From Candidatus Moraniibacteriota bacterium (GTDB lineage Bacteria > Patescibacteriota > Minisyncoccia > Moranbacterales > UBA1568), in NCBI GenBank assembly GCA_028688415.1, contig JAQTYF010000001.1, positions 780,020 through 844,019 on the forward strand: a stretch of DNA of 64,000 nt, in the 5' to 3' direction. Made by a program: the position numbers and the translations under genes. Below, piece after piece: positions 8,212-18,871 of this stretch. A model generated the notes under the pieces. That model saw nothing but the letters and a program-made list of their open reading frames with translations. It was not told where the DNA came from and did not search any database. Every line of letters starts with the position of its first letter. The first letter of the stretch is position 1.

Positions 8212-8850
8212 ATGGAACAAGAATCATGTTGTGGAGGCAGTTGTCATGAAGAAGAAATGGGGATGGAAAATGGATTTTTTCCTGTGATCGGGAAGAAGGT
8301 TCCTAATCTTGAATTCGACTATTTTCAGAAAGAAAGTTTTCATACATCACATTTTTCTGATTATCGTGGAAAATGGACTATCGTGTTTTTTTATCCTGCT
8401 GACTTCACATTTATTTGTCCAACAGAACTGGAAGAAATGCAGAATAATTATGCCAAATTCCAGGAACTCGGAGCAGAAATTCTTTCGGTATCCACTGATA
8501 CCAAATTCACTCACAAGGCATGGCATGATCACTCTCCTGCTATCAAAAATATCGAGTATCCTATGGTCGCTGACCCTACTGGTGATATCGCTCGTACATT
8601 CGGTGTTTACATCGAAGAAGGAGATGATAAAGGACTCAGTCTTCGAGGGAGTTTTATTATTGATCCAGACGGCGTTCTTCAGGCATATGAAGTCCATGCG
8701 AACAATGTCGGACGAAGTGCAAGTGAGCTTCTCCGTAAATTGGAAGCAGCGCTCTTCGTAAGAGAACACGGCGGAGAAGTCTGTCCTGCAAACTGGAAGC
8801 CAGGAGCCAAAACACTCAAGCCAGGTATTGAATTGGTTGGGAAAATCTAA
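8212..8850 (+). CDS. 2-Cys peroxiredoxin (AhpC/Tsa family)
   Basis: FFYPADFTFICPTE peroxidatic-Cys motif; C-terminal resolving Cys (EVCPANW). Confidence 0.85.
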   Translation: MEQESCCGGSCHEEEMGMENGFFPVIGKKVPNLEFDYFQKESFHTSHFSDYRGKWTIVFFYPADFTFICPTELEEMQNNYAKFQELGAEILSVSTDTKFTHKAWHDHSPAIKNIEYPMVADPTGDIARTFGVYIEEGDDKGLSLRGSFIIDPDGVLQAYEVHANNVGRSASELLRKLEAALFVREHGGEVCPANWKPGAKTLKPGIELVGKI

Positions 8851-8868
8851 ATCACAATACAAAATACT

Positions 8869-9468
8869 ATGTCTCATATCTACGCCGCTCAAAACTTTAC
8901 ACACCTCCTCGGCCTTCCAGGCCTGAGCGATACCCTTCTTACCAATCACTTCACTCTCTATGAAGGATACGTGAACAATACGAATATCCTCTTGAAAAAA
9001 ATGAATGCGATACGAGAGGAAAGACTAGGCGGAAATGATGAGAGAAAAGAAGAGTCGGCAGAATTACACAGACGATACTCTTGGGAGTACAACGGTATGA
9101 AATTACACGAATTGTATTTCGAAAATCTTACGAAAGAAAAAACAGTATTAGATCTCGAAAGTGATTTCGGAAAAAAACTCATTGAAAGATTTGGTTCTTA
9201 CGAAACTTTTTTACATAATTTTACAAAGAATGTTGGAATGTTTCGTGGTATCGGCTGGGTCGCTCTTATCGAAAGAGATGGTGGACTTGGAATTATTTGG
9301 ATCAATGAACACAATGAAGGACTCCTGGCAAATTCCAAAATACTCTTGATCATGGATGTCTTCGAACATGCCTATATGACGGATTATGGTATCAAAAGAG
9401 CTGAGTATATCGAGACATTTTTCCGCTCTGTTGATTGGAAAAAAGTAGCAGAACGATTTGGAAATTAA
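8869..9468 (+). CDS. Fe/Mn superoxide dismutase family protein (divergent N-terminus)
   Basis: C-terminal DVFEHAYM...VDWKKV matches the SOD signature. His26-like, Tyr34-like, His73-like, Asp and His ligands are present. The HxxKHH motif is degenerate. Confidence 0.6.
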   Translation: MSHIYAAQNFTHLLGLPGLSDTLLTNHFTLYEGYVNNTNILLKKMNAIREERLGGNDERKEESAELHRRYSWEYNGMKLHELYFENLTKEKTVLDLESDFGKKLIERFGSYETFLHNFTKNVGMFRGIGWVALIERDGGLGIIWINEHNEGLLANSKILLIMDVFEHAYMTDYGIKRAEYIETFFRSVDWKKVAERFGN

Positions 9469-12097
9469 TCAAAACAAATATATGACTCTGACTCAAGTAA
9501 AACGACGAGATGGTGCAATAGTCGCATTCGACAGATCACGCATAGAACAAGCAATAGAAAGTGCTTGCGATGCTACAGGGGAGACAGAAAAAGATTTCAT
9601 TCCTGCAATCACCGATGAAATCATTGTTGATATCGTTGCGACATGCGGGGAAGATAGCGAAACACATATTCCTTCAGTAGAAACCATCCAGAACTTTGTC
9701 GAAAAACATTTGATGAGAGAGAGTCGATATGAAATCGCAAAAGCGTATATTTTATATCGAGAGAAACAGAATGAGAAGCGAGAAGAACACAAAGAACAGC
9801 TCATCGAACAATTTGAGAAACATTCGATGAAGGTTATCAAGACAAATGGAAAAAAAGAACTCTTCGATATTAAAAAAATCAAAAAGGTTTTTGATAGAGC
9901 AGCACTCGGCTACGAGAAAGAATGTTCTTTTACCGACCTTATTGAAGCTTTCAAAAAAAATATCGTCGATGAAATCAAGACTTCTGATATCAGTAATCTC
10001 CTTGTCAAAACATGTGTCGATCTCGTGACAATAGAAAACATTGCTTGGCAGAATATTGCTGCACGCATTCTTCTCGGAGATCTCTACAAAAAAGCGAGGC
10101 GGAATCGTAACCTCGAGCAGAAAGATATCTACAGTCCAAAGGCTTTCAAAGATTTGTTCGACGACTACATCAAACGAGGACTGTACTTCAAAGATTTTTA
10201 TGATTACTACTCAGCCGAAGATATTCTCTCTGCCGGAAAACTTCTGTCCTGTGAAACTGATCTGGATTACGAATACACTACCATTGTTTCATTCACGAAA
10301 CGTTATCTCTTGAATCCCAACAAAGAAGTGCGAGAATTGCCTCAGGAAATGTATATGGCAGTAGCGCTCTTCTTGGCTATTCCGGAAAAGAAAGAAGATC
10401 GTCTCGCTTTTGCTTTCAAGATTTATGAACACTGTTCGAAACAACGTATTTCTTTGCCGACACCGACACTTCTCAATGCTCGCACCAACTATCATCAACT
10501 CTCGAGTTGTTTCAAAATAAATATCAATGATGATCTTCGTGATATCTACCATGCTATCGAAAATATGGCTCAGATATCCAAGTTTGGTGGGGGAATAGGT
10601 GTCTATCTCGGAAACATTCGCTCTCGTGGCAGTGCGATCCGCGGTATCATCGGTATGTCTGGTGGTGTCAATCCTTGGATCAAGGTTATTAATGACACAG
10701 CAATTGCTGTCAATCAACTCGGTGCTCGCCTCGGTGCCATCTCTGTCACGCTCGACATCTGGCATCGTGATATCTACGATTTCCTTGATTTACAGACAGA
10801 AACAGGAGATATCCGTTCCAAAGCATTTGATATTTTTCCTTCTGTTTCTATCCCAGATCTCTTTATGAAGAGACTCGAGGCAGATCTCGATATTACACTG
10901 TTTGATCCACATGAAGTAGAAACTTTGTATGGAAAAAGACTTCAAGATACATTCAATGAAGAATTTGAAACATTCTATGAAACTCTCGAGAAAGACGAGA
11001 GACTCACGATGAAAAAAGTTGTAAAAGCGAAGGATGTCTTCAAAAAGTTCTTGAAATCAACCGTTGAAACCGGTATGCCATATGTCTTCTTCCGAGACAC
11101 CGTCAATCGTCTCAACCCAAACAAGCATGTCGGAAATATCTATTCTACTCAACTCTGCACAGAAATTTGTCAGAATACATCAACCACAAAATTTGTCGAG
11201 GAAACCCTCGAAGATGGGAAAATAATCATTCGATACGAGCCAGGAGATCTCGTGGTGTGTAACCTCGCTTCGATCAACATCGCTACTGTATACAAAGAAT
11301 CTGTGATTGCTGACGTTTTCCCTGTTGTGATGCGTGTCCTCGACAACGTCATTACGCTCAATTACTATCCCGTCCAAGAGGCCAAGCGGACTGCGATGAG
11401 ATACCGAAGCGTTGGTCTCGGTTATCTCGGATTAGCAGAGTATCTCGCTGTACGAGAATTGGCCTACGATAGTGAGGAGGCTCGTACAGAAGTCGATCGA
11501 CTTTTCGAACGTTATACCTATTACACTTACCGCTCTTCTGTTGATCTCGCTAAAGAACGTGGATATTATGAACTCTATCCAGGAAGCGAGTATTCCAAAG
11601 GCATCCTCCTTGGTCACAACACCAAATGGTTCGAGACGCATACATCCTTTGCGAATGATTGGAAGAAGCTCTTCTTGGACATGAAGACTTCAGGTGTACG
11701 ATTTGCCTACCATACGGCTCCAGCACCCAATACTTCGACAGCAGGTGTCGTCGGCACCACTGCAGCACTTCTTCCTATCTACAAAAAATTCTTTATTGAG
11801 ACTAATCTCTCTTCACCGACTATTCGTGTTGCCCCCAAACTCTCCAACAAAAACTTCTGGTACTACAAGGAATACATCAATATGAATATGAACGATGTCA
11901 TCGATATGATGTCGGTCATTTATCCTTGGATTGATCAGTCTATCTCGTTTGAATGGATGATTGATCCGTCCAAGGTCAGCCCTGCTCAACTCTTCAGCTA
12001 TTACGTCAAAAGCTGGAAGCAGGGGATCAAGACAGTCTACTACGTACGTAGCCTCTCTGCTGAAATAAAGGATAATTGTGTCAGTTGTAGTGGTTAG
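9458..12097 (+). CDS. nrdA: ribonucleoside-diphosphate reductase alpha subunit (class I) with an ATP-cone
   Basis: N-terminal ATP-cone (VKRRDG..V.FD..RI); 879 aa; catalytic Cys region and C-terminal CxxC. Confidence 0.9.
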   Translation: MEINQNKYMTLTQVKRRDGAIVAFDRSRIEQAIESACDATGETEKDFIPAITDEIIVDIVATCGEDSETHIPSVETIQNFVEKHLMRESRYEIAKAYILYREKQNEKREEHKEQLIEQFEKHSMKVIKTNGKKELFDIKKIKKVFDRAALGYEKECSFTDLIEAFKKNIVDEIKTSDISNLLVKTCVDLVTIENIAWQNIAARILLGDLYKKARRNRNLEQKDIYSPKAFKDLFDDYIKRGLYFKDFYDYYSAEDILSAGKLLSCETDLDYEYTTIVSFTKRYLLNPNKEVRELPQEMYMAVALFLAIPEKKEDRLAFAFKIYEHCSKQRISLPTPTLLNARTNYHQLSSCFKININDDLRDIYHAIENMAQISKFGGGIGVYLGNIRSRGSAIRGIIGMSGGVNPWIKVINDTAIAVNQLGARLGAISVTLDIWHRDIYDFLDLQTETGDIRSKAFDIFPSVSIPDLFMKRLEADLDITLFDPHEVETLYGKRLQDTFNEEFETFYETLEKDERLTMKKVVKAKDVFKKFLKSTVETGMPYVFFRDTVNRLNPNKHVGNIYSTQLCTEICQNTSTTKFVEETLEDGKIIIRYEPGDLVVCNLASINIATVYKESVIADVFPVVMRVLDNVITLNYYPVQEAKRTAMRYRSVGLGYLGLAEYLAVRELAYDSEEARTEVDRLFERYTYYTYRSSVDLAKERGYYELYPGSEYSKGILLGHNTKWFETHTSFANDWKKLFLDMKTSGVRFAYHTAPAPNTSTAGVVGTTAALLPIYKKFFIETNLSSPTIRVAPKLSNKNFWYYKEYINMNMNDVIDMMSVIYPWIDQSISFEWMIDPSKVSPAQLFSYYVKSWKQGIKTVYYVRSLSAEIKDNCVSCSG

Positions 12098-12151
12098 AAT
12101 CAGTTAACAAAGAGCAGATAACAGATAACAAAAAAGATTGATCAATTATCT

Positions 12152-13195
12152 ATGACTGAAGAAATGAAAAGAAACCTCCTTTTCAATCCAAAAGGGAACG
12201 ATGATGTCGAGAAAAGAACTATCATCAAAGGAGCAACAACGGGATTGTTCAATCTCAACGCAACCAAATACCCTTGGGCCAAATCCCTCTATCAAGTGAT
12301 GATCGGAAACTTCTGGGTACCCGAAAAAGTATCTGGACTCAAAGACGATGCACGAACATTTCATACCGATCTTGGAGAAGAAGAACAGCGGGCATACAAA
12401 GGTATTCTCTCGTTTCTCATCTTTCTCGACTCTCTCCAAACCGTCAATCTCCCTCATTTCTCCGACTATATCACTTCTCCAGAAGTCAATCTCATCCTTT
12501 CTATCCAGGCCTACCAGGAAGCTATTCATTCTCAGTCATATGCAACCATCCTCGAATCCGTCGTCGAGAGCAAGGAACGCGACGAGATCTATTATTTCTG
12601 GCGTACAGACAAGATCCTTCTCGATCGCAACAAATACATTGGGAAAATCTACGAGGATTTTATCAATAAGCCCTCGGACAAAAACTTCTTCCGCGGTGTT
12701 GTTGCCAATTTTCTTCTTGAATCTGTCTATTTCTACAATGGATTTGCATTTTTTGACACACTCGTCGACAGAATGAAAATGCTCGCCACAGGACGGATGA
12801 TTGCTTATATACGCCGTGATGAACTCACTCATATCACCATTTTCGCGAATATTATTCGCGAAATTAAGAAGGAGTTTCCAGAACTTTACGATGAAAAGTT
12901 GATCATCAAAATGATGTCGACGGCAGTCGATCAAGAAATAGAATGGGGGAAACACATTCTCGGCAATCGTATTCCTGGTATAAACAGTGAAACAACCAGG
13001 GACTATACTCACTGGCTCGCGAACAATCGCCTCGCGATGCTCGGTATCGGTCCACTCTATCCGAATGCCGTTTCCAATCCTTACAAACATCTCGATCGAT
13101 TGCAAGATCCAAATGGTGATAAGGGCAATTTCTTTGAGACCACCGTAGTGAATTATACGCAGTCAAGTAGTATGAACGGAAGTTGGGATTTTTAA
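12152..13195 (+). CDS. nrdB: ribonucleoside-diphosphate reductase beta subunit
   Basis: Di-iron ligands (EAIHSQSY, ...E..H); 347 aa; immediately downstream of nrdA. Confidence 0.9.
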   Translation: MTEEMKRNLLFNPKGNDDVEKRTIIKGATTGLFNLNATKYPWAKSLYQVMIGNFWVPEKVSGLKDDARTFHTDLGEEEQRAYKGILSFLIFLDSLQTVNLPHFSDYITSPEVNLILSIQAYQEAIHSQSYATILESVVESKERDEIYYFWRTDKILLDRNKYIGKIYEDFINKPSDKNFFRGVVANFLLESVYFYNGFAFFDTLVDRMKMLATGRMIAYIRRDELTHITIFANIIREIKKEFPELYDEKLIIKMMSTAVDQEIEWGKHILGNRIPGINSETTRDYTHWLANNRLAMLGIGPLYPNAVSNPYKHLDRLQDPNGDKGNFFETTVVNYTQSSSMNGSWDF

Positions 13196-13210
13196 TTCTC
13201 TTTATACACC

Positions 13211-13244
13211 AAAAACTCCTCATTATTTTTTGAGGAGTTTTTTG
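13211..13244 (+). terminator. rho-independent terminator after nrdB
   Basis: aactcctca ... tgaggagtt hairpin plus a T-run. Confidence 0.55.
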
Positions 13245-13307
13245 TTTGAGAAAAGAAAAAGTATGATATAATTATGAGAGCTTTCTTTTCAAAAAATAAA
13301 TTTTCGT

Positions 13308-14135
13308 ATGTATAAAAATAAAAACTTTTTTATCGTATTTTTCTTTCTTCTTTTTTCTGTCAGCACCGTTCTCTTTGTTGACCAAGCGACATCTGCAGGA
13401 TTGCAATATACACTGCTTGAAAAAATCCCTGGATTTGCAAGTACTGACGGGAGTGATCTTCCAAAATATATCATTGCTATCTACAATGTTGGTCTTGCTG
13501 TTGTCACACTTTCTGCTGTGCTCATGATTTCGATAGGCGGGTTTATGTATCTCACGAGTGCCGGAAATACTTCCTCGATGGGAACGGCCAAAGGCATCAT
13601 ATTTGATGCTCTTATTGGTCTCGTCATTGCTCTTTCTTCTTGGGTCCTTTTGAATGTCATTAACCCTGATTTAGTCAATGTCTCAATCAATGGTCTTTCT
13701 GCAACGCCTGTCTCACCAGGAGTTGCCAGAGAAATGACGGCACCTTCTGCTATAACAGGAGGTTTGACTGATGCAGAAGCGAGAGCCCAATTATCCAGTG
13801 CGGGAATAAACGTAAATAGTCCGGAACCAACAACAAGTCTTGGTAATATTCCAGCATCCACAATTACTCATATTATCCAGCTGAAAAACACTTCAGGATG
13901 CTCTGATTTCAGAGTTACTGGAGGCACTGAGCCCGGCCACGTTTCACATGGTGCAGGACTACCGATAGTTGACGTAACCAATTCACCATGTTTGAAAAGT
14001 TTTCTTACGAACAAAGGAAACCTTGCTGGTGTGCATATTACAAAAATCTGCGCGATAGCATCAGAACAGGCAGTGGCATTTAATTGTGGCTATAAAGAAC
14101 CTGCACCCCATTTTCACATTGTATTCACCCCCTAA
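13308..14135 (+). CDS. hypothetical membrane/surface protein (signal peptide plus two hydrophobic helices, VirB2/TrbC-pilin-like topology)
   Basis: N-terminal signal MYKNKNFFIVFFFLLFSV, then two long hydrophobic helices (IIAIYNVGLAVVTLSAVLMISIGGF; IIFDALIGLVIALSSWVLL) and a 140-aa C-terminal domain. Confidence 0.4.
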   Translation: MYKNKNFFIVFFFLLFSVSTVLFVDQATSAGLQYTLLEKIPGFASTDGSDLPKYIIAIYNVGLAVVTLSAVLMISIGGFMYLTSAGNTSSMGTAKGIIFDALIGLVIALSSWVLLNVINPDLVNVSINGLSATPVSPGVAREMTAPSAITGGLTDAEARAQLSSAGINVNSPEPTTSLGNIPASTITHIIQLKNTSGCSDFRVTGGTEPGHVSHGAGLPIVDVTNSPCLKSFLTNKGNLAGVHITKICAIASEQAVAFNCGYKEPAPHFHIVFTP

Positions 14136-14143
14136 ATATTGCT

Positions 14144-15283
14144 ATGAAAAAAGTTTTTTACTTTTCTCTCGGTCTTCTTTTTTTGGTTCTCATTTTTCTG
14201 GGAGCCTATAATTTTGTCTTCAAAAATAACGTCAATGATCCGACTGTTGCTATCGACGGAAAAACTTTGACAAATAAAGAACCATTTACGGAAGAAAAGC
14301 CTCTTTCCATAAGCATTTCTCCTTTTCTCAATGAAGACGTCTCTGATGTCAGTATTTCTTTGGATGGATTTCTCTTCTACTATTCACTTGACGATCAAGC
14401 GCTGAAAAAAGCAACTCTGGAAGGGAAGGATAAAACAGTCCTTCTGAGCAATCTCCCTGGGACACCGACACGTATTCTCTGGTCACCCAAGAAAGACCGC
14501 GTTCTCCTTTTTCTCAAACAATCCACTGGAGAAAGTTTCTGGTATTCTGTCGATATCGCTACCAAAACACTCATCCCTCTCAAGGCAGAGATATCACGCA
14601 TTGCTTGGAATAATCTCGGCGACACCCTCTTGTACCAATACACTGATTTCACTACTGGAAAAAGAACTCTCAATACCGCTCGTCCTGACGGCACCGCCTG
14701 GAAGAAAATAGTGGATGTTAGTCGCGACACATACATCGCCCCTATTCCTCAGAGTGCGAGTATCTCGTTTTGGAGCAGACCAAACGCTTTTGAAGCCACT
14801 TCTTTCGAAAGTGTTGGTATTACTGGGGAGAGCCGAAAAACACTCCTTTCAGAGAAGTTTGGAGCGGATTACCTCTGGTCTCCGAACGGTGAGAAAGTCC
14901 TCGTGAGCACGAGTAGTGAAAAAGGAGGGAAGGGGATGTTCCTAGGCAGTATGAATGCCAATGGTGGAGAATTTCAGAGTCTCGCTACTCCAACTCTGAT
15001 TTCCAAAGTGGTTTGGTCCAAAGACAATAAGACTATCTATTTTGCCTTACCTGGATCGATTCCAGAAAATGCCGTCCTTCCAAACGATTATTTCGAAAAA
15101 TCTCTTCATACGAAAGATACTTTTTGGAAACTTGATATGAGCAATGGAAAGAAAACACGTCTCACAGAACTCAAAGAAGTCGTGCAGAATTTCGATAGCA
15201 CCAACCTCCTTCTTTCTCCAGATGAAAGTACGCTTTTCTTTACCGATCGAGTCACCAAACGCCTCTACCGCATAGAGCTTTAA
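14144..15283 (+). CDS. secreted TolB-like beta-propeller (PD40 repeat) protein
   Basis: Signal anchor; repeated WSP..., WSKDNKTIYF, LSPDESTLFF PD40-like motifs. Confidence 0.55.
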   Translation: MKKVFYFSLGLLFLVLIFLGAYNFVFKNNVNDPTVAIDGKTLTNKEPFTEEKPLSISISPFLNEDVSDVSISLDGFLFYYSLDDQALKKATLEGKDKTVLLSNLPGTPTRILWSPKKDRVLLFLKQSTGESFWYSVDIATKTLIPLKAEISRIAWNNLGDTLLYQYTDFTTGKRTLNTARPDGTAWKKIVDVSRDTYIAPIPQSASISFWSRPNAFEATSFESVGITGESRKTLLSEKFGADYLWSPNGEKVLVSTSSEKGGKGMFLGSMNANGGEFQSLATPTLISKVVWSKDNKTIYFALPGSIPENAVLPNDYFEKSLHTKDTFWKLDMSNGKKTRLTELKEVVQNFDSTNLLLSPDESTLFFTDRVTKRLYRIEL

Positions 15284-15350
15284 ATACAAGGGATATTTTC
15301 TGTTGCATAAGAAACTTTTTCACAAGAATCTTTCTGGGAGGCTTGAAATT

Positions 15351-15391
15351 TTTTTCAGCATGGTTCCGACGCTTCGTCGGATGAAAAAAAG
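15351..15391. terminator. bidirectional hairpin terminator between convergent genes
   Basis: tccgacg-ctt-cgtcgga stem flanked by a T-run and an A-run. Confidence 0.5.
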
Positions 15392-15484
15392 TTCACGCAA
15401 AGAGTTTGCCCGCTGGGGCAAATGAATGGCTACCCAGAGAGGTTGCTTGTGAGAAAGTATTTCAAAACAAAAAATATTTTTATT

Positions 15485-16735
15485 CTATAAAAGGATCTTC
15501 TCTTTCTTTATTAGACTCATACCGAGACCAAAAATAATCCAGAAGATGAATGCAAGATCGGTCTTGAAAAACGGAGTGTCTACAAAACCGAGAACCAGAA
15601 AAAAAGAAAGGAGTGCTACAAAAAGAGCACTTCTTTTTTGTATATCATCAGCGTGATGCACATTTTTTCCAAAAGAAAGCATCTTTTTGATCCAGACAAA
15701 AACAAGAAAAAGAAAGCTAAAAAGACCGATAATTCCTGTTTGAAGCCAAAGCGCCATATACAAGTTATGTGGTTGTGGTACCGCCCATTCAAGATACAAT
15801 GGAAAGTGCGATTGGTAAGAAAGGTACACTTCCTGAAAACGTCCGATACCGATACCAAAGACAGGATTCTCCGCAATAGCTGTTGCTGAAACCTTCCATA
15901 TCATTATTCGTGAAGCAAGTGAGGATCTCTCGTGAAAAGAAGTCAGTGCTTGCCACTTTTCACTGCCTGACTCAAAAAAGAGAAATGTGAAGAGAAAAAA
16001 GAGAAGGAAAAACACTATTTGTTTTTCCTGTGTCGCAGGAGTATTTTGTGTTCTCTTTAAAAAGAAAAAGAGGCCCTCTGCAAGAAGTATACTCATCCAC
16101 ACTGCATATGAATGGGTATGAAAGAGTACGAAGAGTAAAGAGAAAAAAACACCAATCATCATTCTCTTACTCCATTTTTTGTTAACAAAAATCGGGTGAA
16201 AGAAAAAATAGTGCACCAAAAGTATTCCGGGAGCCAGAAAGAAAGCGAGATAGTTTGGGGATGCATACCAGGCAGAAAGACGGTTGTCAAAAGTCATTTC
16301 TCCTTGGAAAAAATATTCGAGAGCAAGCAAAGAAACGGAAGCGATGACACCAAGCCAGAGAAAAAGCATTGTATCAATATGTTTCTTTTCTGGCTTTGTT
16401 TCTGTCCATAGCCACACGAAGAGAGTCGGGACAAGAAACCATGTTTTGATCATTCCGAGTCCTGTCCACGAAAATGGATTTGCAACAAACGAGAGAATGG
16501 CCCCTCCACAAAAAAGCACTATACCAACAAAGAGCGCTTTGCTTTCTGTGGCGTTTCTGAGAGGATAAAATACTTTTTTGATACATCCATACAAATATAT
16601 CATCAAAGCCACTCCTACAGGCATTTCAACGCTGTACAGAGGTATTCCAAAGAGAATTGTTTTGAAATGTGCTATAGGAAGCAAGAGAATGCTTAGAGCG
16701 AGACACGTCTGAATAAAAAACTTTTCTTTGAACAT
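15485..16735 (-). CDS. polytopic membrane protein, O-antigen ligase/polymerase-like
   Basis: More than 10 predicted TM helices with a large loop; sits with the downstream Wzy_C paralog and the GT2/flippase genes. Confidence 0.4.
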   Translation of the reverse strand: MFKEKFFIQTCLALSILLLPIAHFKTILFGIPLYSVEMPVGVALMIYLYGCIKKVFYPLRNATESKALFVGIVLFCGGAILSFVANPFSWTGLGMIKTWFLVPTLFVWLWTETKPEKKHIDTMLFLWLGVIASVSLLALEYFFQGEMTFDNRLSAWYASPNYLAFFLAPGILLVHYFFFHPIFVNKKWSKRMMIGVFFSLLFVLFHTHSYAVWMSILLAEGLFFFLKRTQNTPATQEKQIVFFLLFFLFTFLFFESGSEKWQALTSFHERSSLASRIMIWKVSATAIAENPVFGIGIGRFQEVYLSYQSHFPLYLEWAVPQPHNLYMALWLQTGIIGLFSFLFLVFVWIKKMLSFGKNVHHADDIQKRSALFVALLSFFLVLGFVDTPFFKTDLAFIFWIIFGLGMSLIKKEKILL

Positions 16736-16778
16736 ATATGAAGTCTCTTCTCTTATTATTAAACTTTAAATGATTTCT

Positions 16779-18065
16779 TTATGTGCTTTCTTGGGTTTTC
16801 TCTTTACTATACACTCCAAGTGCCAAGAAAAAGAGAAGGAGGGGAAGAATATGTACCGAAAAAAGAGGCGTTTCGAAAATGGCATGTGATGAAAAAAGAA
16901 GAAGAGAGGAAAATACTGCCAAAAACAATGTTTCTCCTTTTTTATACCACCTCCTCCAAGCAGAAACAATACCAAGAAAGAGGAGTCCTTCGAAGAAAAA
17001 AAGTCCAGGAAGTCCCAATTCTCCCGCTACATCGAGATAGGTATTATGAGCATAGATTGGTTCTCGGTATGTAGCTGTCGGCTTGACAGTGAGCGGGTAA
17101 TTCCCGAGACCACTCCCAAGAAGAGGATGTTCTCCTACAAAATCAGCAGTCATCTCCCACAAACGAAGCCTTTCTTTGTTTGATGCATCTGTTTGGGAGA
17201 AACTCGAGAAAAGACGTGTGCCAATAGGACTCAATAATACTATTGTACCGAAAAGTAATACAATACTACTTGCAAAGAAAAATGATTTTCTCTTTTTTAT
17301 ATACCGAAAAAGAAAGGGGAAAGAAAATGCACTCAGTCCGACAATGAGTCCGATATATCCGCCTCGCGAAAAAGTGAGTAGATCAGCGATCAGAACGATG
17401 ATTGCTCCTAGCACAAAAAGGTGTCGTATTTTCCCTACTGATTTCTCCGCAACAAACAGAATAAGAAAGAGTGACATTCCGAGAAAAAAAGAAAACATGT
17501 GTGGGTCGGGAAAAAAACCAGTGGCTCGCAAGACCGTTCTTCCAGAGATATTCACAAGAAGACTCGGGTATTCCGCTACTACGGCGCCAAAATTCGGTCC
17601 AAGAAAAAAAGGGAGTACCGACTTCACTAAAAAAGCAAATACTTTTTCGACACCAAAGACAAATTGCATACAAAACAAAATGAGAGAAAGGCTCGCGGAA
17701 AGCAATACTCCGAAAGCAATGTATCTGGCAGCTTTTTCTCGAAACACTTTTTCTTGCAATAAATCAGCAAATACTAAAAAAAGTGGGAAGAAGGAGAGAA
17801 GAAAAAGGATCTTGCGTATTGCCCATTCACTTTTTTCTGCCCAAAATATCGATGCAATAGCCCAGAAGAGGAAAGCAAGAAAAAAGAATAGGGTACTCGG
17901 GCTCGGCAAAGAAATATGTTTTTTCACTAAACCTTGTACACACCAAAAAAGAAAAAGGATGGTGGCGAATATTCGTATTATCGGCAAATCTATCCCATCT
18001 GTTGGATGGAGAGCAAATTGGAACGGAAGGAAGAAAAGGAAGAAAAATGTGAGTTTTTTGAGCAT
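16779..18065 (-). CDS. O-antigen ligase (Wzy_C) family membrane protein
   Basis: LTFSRGGYIGLIVGL matches the Wzy_C signature; many TM helices. Start is uncertain; the ORF extends to 18125. Confidence 0.5.
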   Translation of the reverse strand: MLKKLTFFFLFFLPFQFALHPTDGIDLPIIRIFATILFLFWCVQGLVKKHISLPSPSTLFFFLAFLFWAIASIFWAEKSEWAIRKILFLLSFFPLFLVFADLLQEKVFREKAARYIAFGVLLSASLSLILFCMQFVFGVEKVFAFLVKSVLPFFLGPNFGAVVAEYPSLLVNISGRTVLRATGFFPDPHMFSFFLGMSLFLILFVAEKSVGKIRHLFVLGAIIVLIADLLTFSRGGYIGLIVGLSAFSFPFLFRYIKKRKSFFFASSIVLLFGTIVLLSPIGTRLFSSFSQTDASNKERLRLWEMTADFVGEHPLLGSGLGNYPLTVKPTATYREPIYAHNTYLDVAGELGLPGLFFFEGLLFLGIVSAWRRWYKKGETLFLAVFSSLLLFSSHAIFETPLFSVHILPLLLFFLALGVYSKEKTQEST

Positions 18066-18067
18066 AT

Positions 18068-18871
18068 CTATGATGTTTTGTGCCGAAAAAGAGAGTGCAA
18101 ACAAAAAAGAACGATGTTTTCCCACAAAGGTCGGTGTTTTTTGTAATATTTTTTTTGTGAGATATAAAATTGATTTTTCTGTTTTTCTTTCGAATGAGTG
18201 CTTTTTCCACCAAAATGGAGAAGGGGGAGGTTGGTTTGTCGCGCAACCAAAAATCCTCCTTCACGCACTTTCTTACAAAGATCTACGTCTTCGAAATAAA
18301 GAAAGAATTGTTCATCAAAGCCTTTTCTATAAAAGAAAAGATCTTTTCGAATAAAGAGTCCGCAACCACTCACCCAATCAGGGAAAGAAAGTCCAGATTT
18401 TTGCCACCGATTCTGATGCTTGGGTGTAATATTGTTCCAGAAAAGACGGTGTAATGTCGGTTCATATCCACATCCCCACGGTTCTTCTTGATTTTTTTCA
18501 TCTACAAGCATCATACCAAGAACACCTATATTTTCTTGTTCTATAAAAAGAGTTCGTATCTCGTGGAGAGATTTTTTGATCCAGAGAACATCGGGATTGA
18601 TAAATCCAAGAATATCTCCTTGTGCTTCTTGTGCGCCTCTGTTATTCCCCGCACCGAAACCATTGTTACACTCATTTTCTTTCAGAATGAACGGAAATCG
18701 TTTTTGAAGTTTCTTCAGAGACAACTCTTCTTTTTTGTCATTATTAACAACAATAATTTCAAAAAGGTTTGATTCTTTTTCAAAAGAAAAGATGCTTTCC
18801 AGAGCGGATTTTAGATAGTAAACGCTCTGATAATTGACGAAGATAAGAGAAATAAGCGGTCGGGTATTCAT
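18068..18871 (-). CDS. glycosyltransferase family 2
   Basis: ISLIFVNYQS...VVNND...FGAGNN...YFEDVD: GT2 DxD-type motifs. The ORF extends to 18967 and the start overlaps the upstream GT2 gene. Confidence 0.55.
   Translation of the reverse strand: MNTRPLISLIFVNYQSVYYLKSALESIFSFEKESNLFEIIVVNNDKKEELSLKKLQKRFPFILKENECNNGFGAGNNRGAQEAQGDILGFINPDVLWIKKSLHEIRTLFIEQENIGVLGMMLVDEKNQEEPWGCGYEPTLHRLFWNNITPKHQNRWQKSGLSFPDWVSGCGLFIRKDLFFYRKGFDEQFFLYFEDVDLCKKVREGGFLVARQTNLPLLHFGGKSTHSKEKQKNQFYISQKKYYKKHRPLWENIVLFCLHSLFRHKTS

Noticed and set aside
8869-9468. SOD-like protein considered a pseudoenzyme because the HxxKHH motif is absent
   Set aside because: Alignment to FeSOD shows all four metal ligands (His, His, Asp, His) and the gateway Tyr are retained. 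It is probably a divergent but functional SOD.
9493-9882. Antisense ORFs inside nrdA, nrdB, polA, pbp1A, pilB and other large genes (e.g. 9493-9882, 12536-13105, 17176-18354, 32706-33206, 45818-46363, 46678-47319)
   Set aside because: These are shadow ORFs fully overlapping well-supported genes on the opposite strand, typical of AT-rich DNA. They have no motifs.
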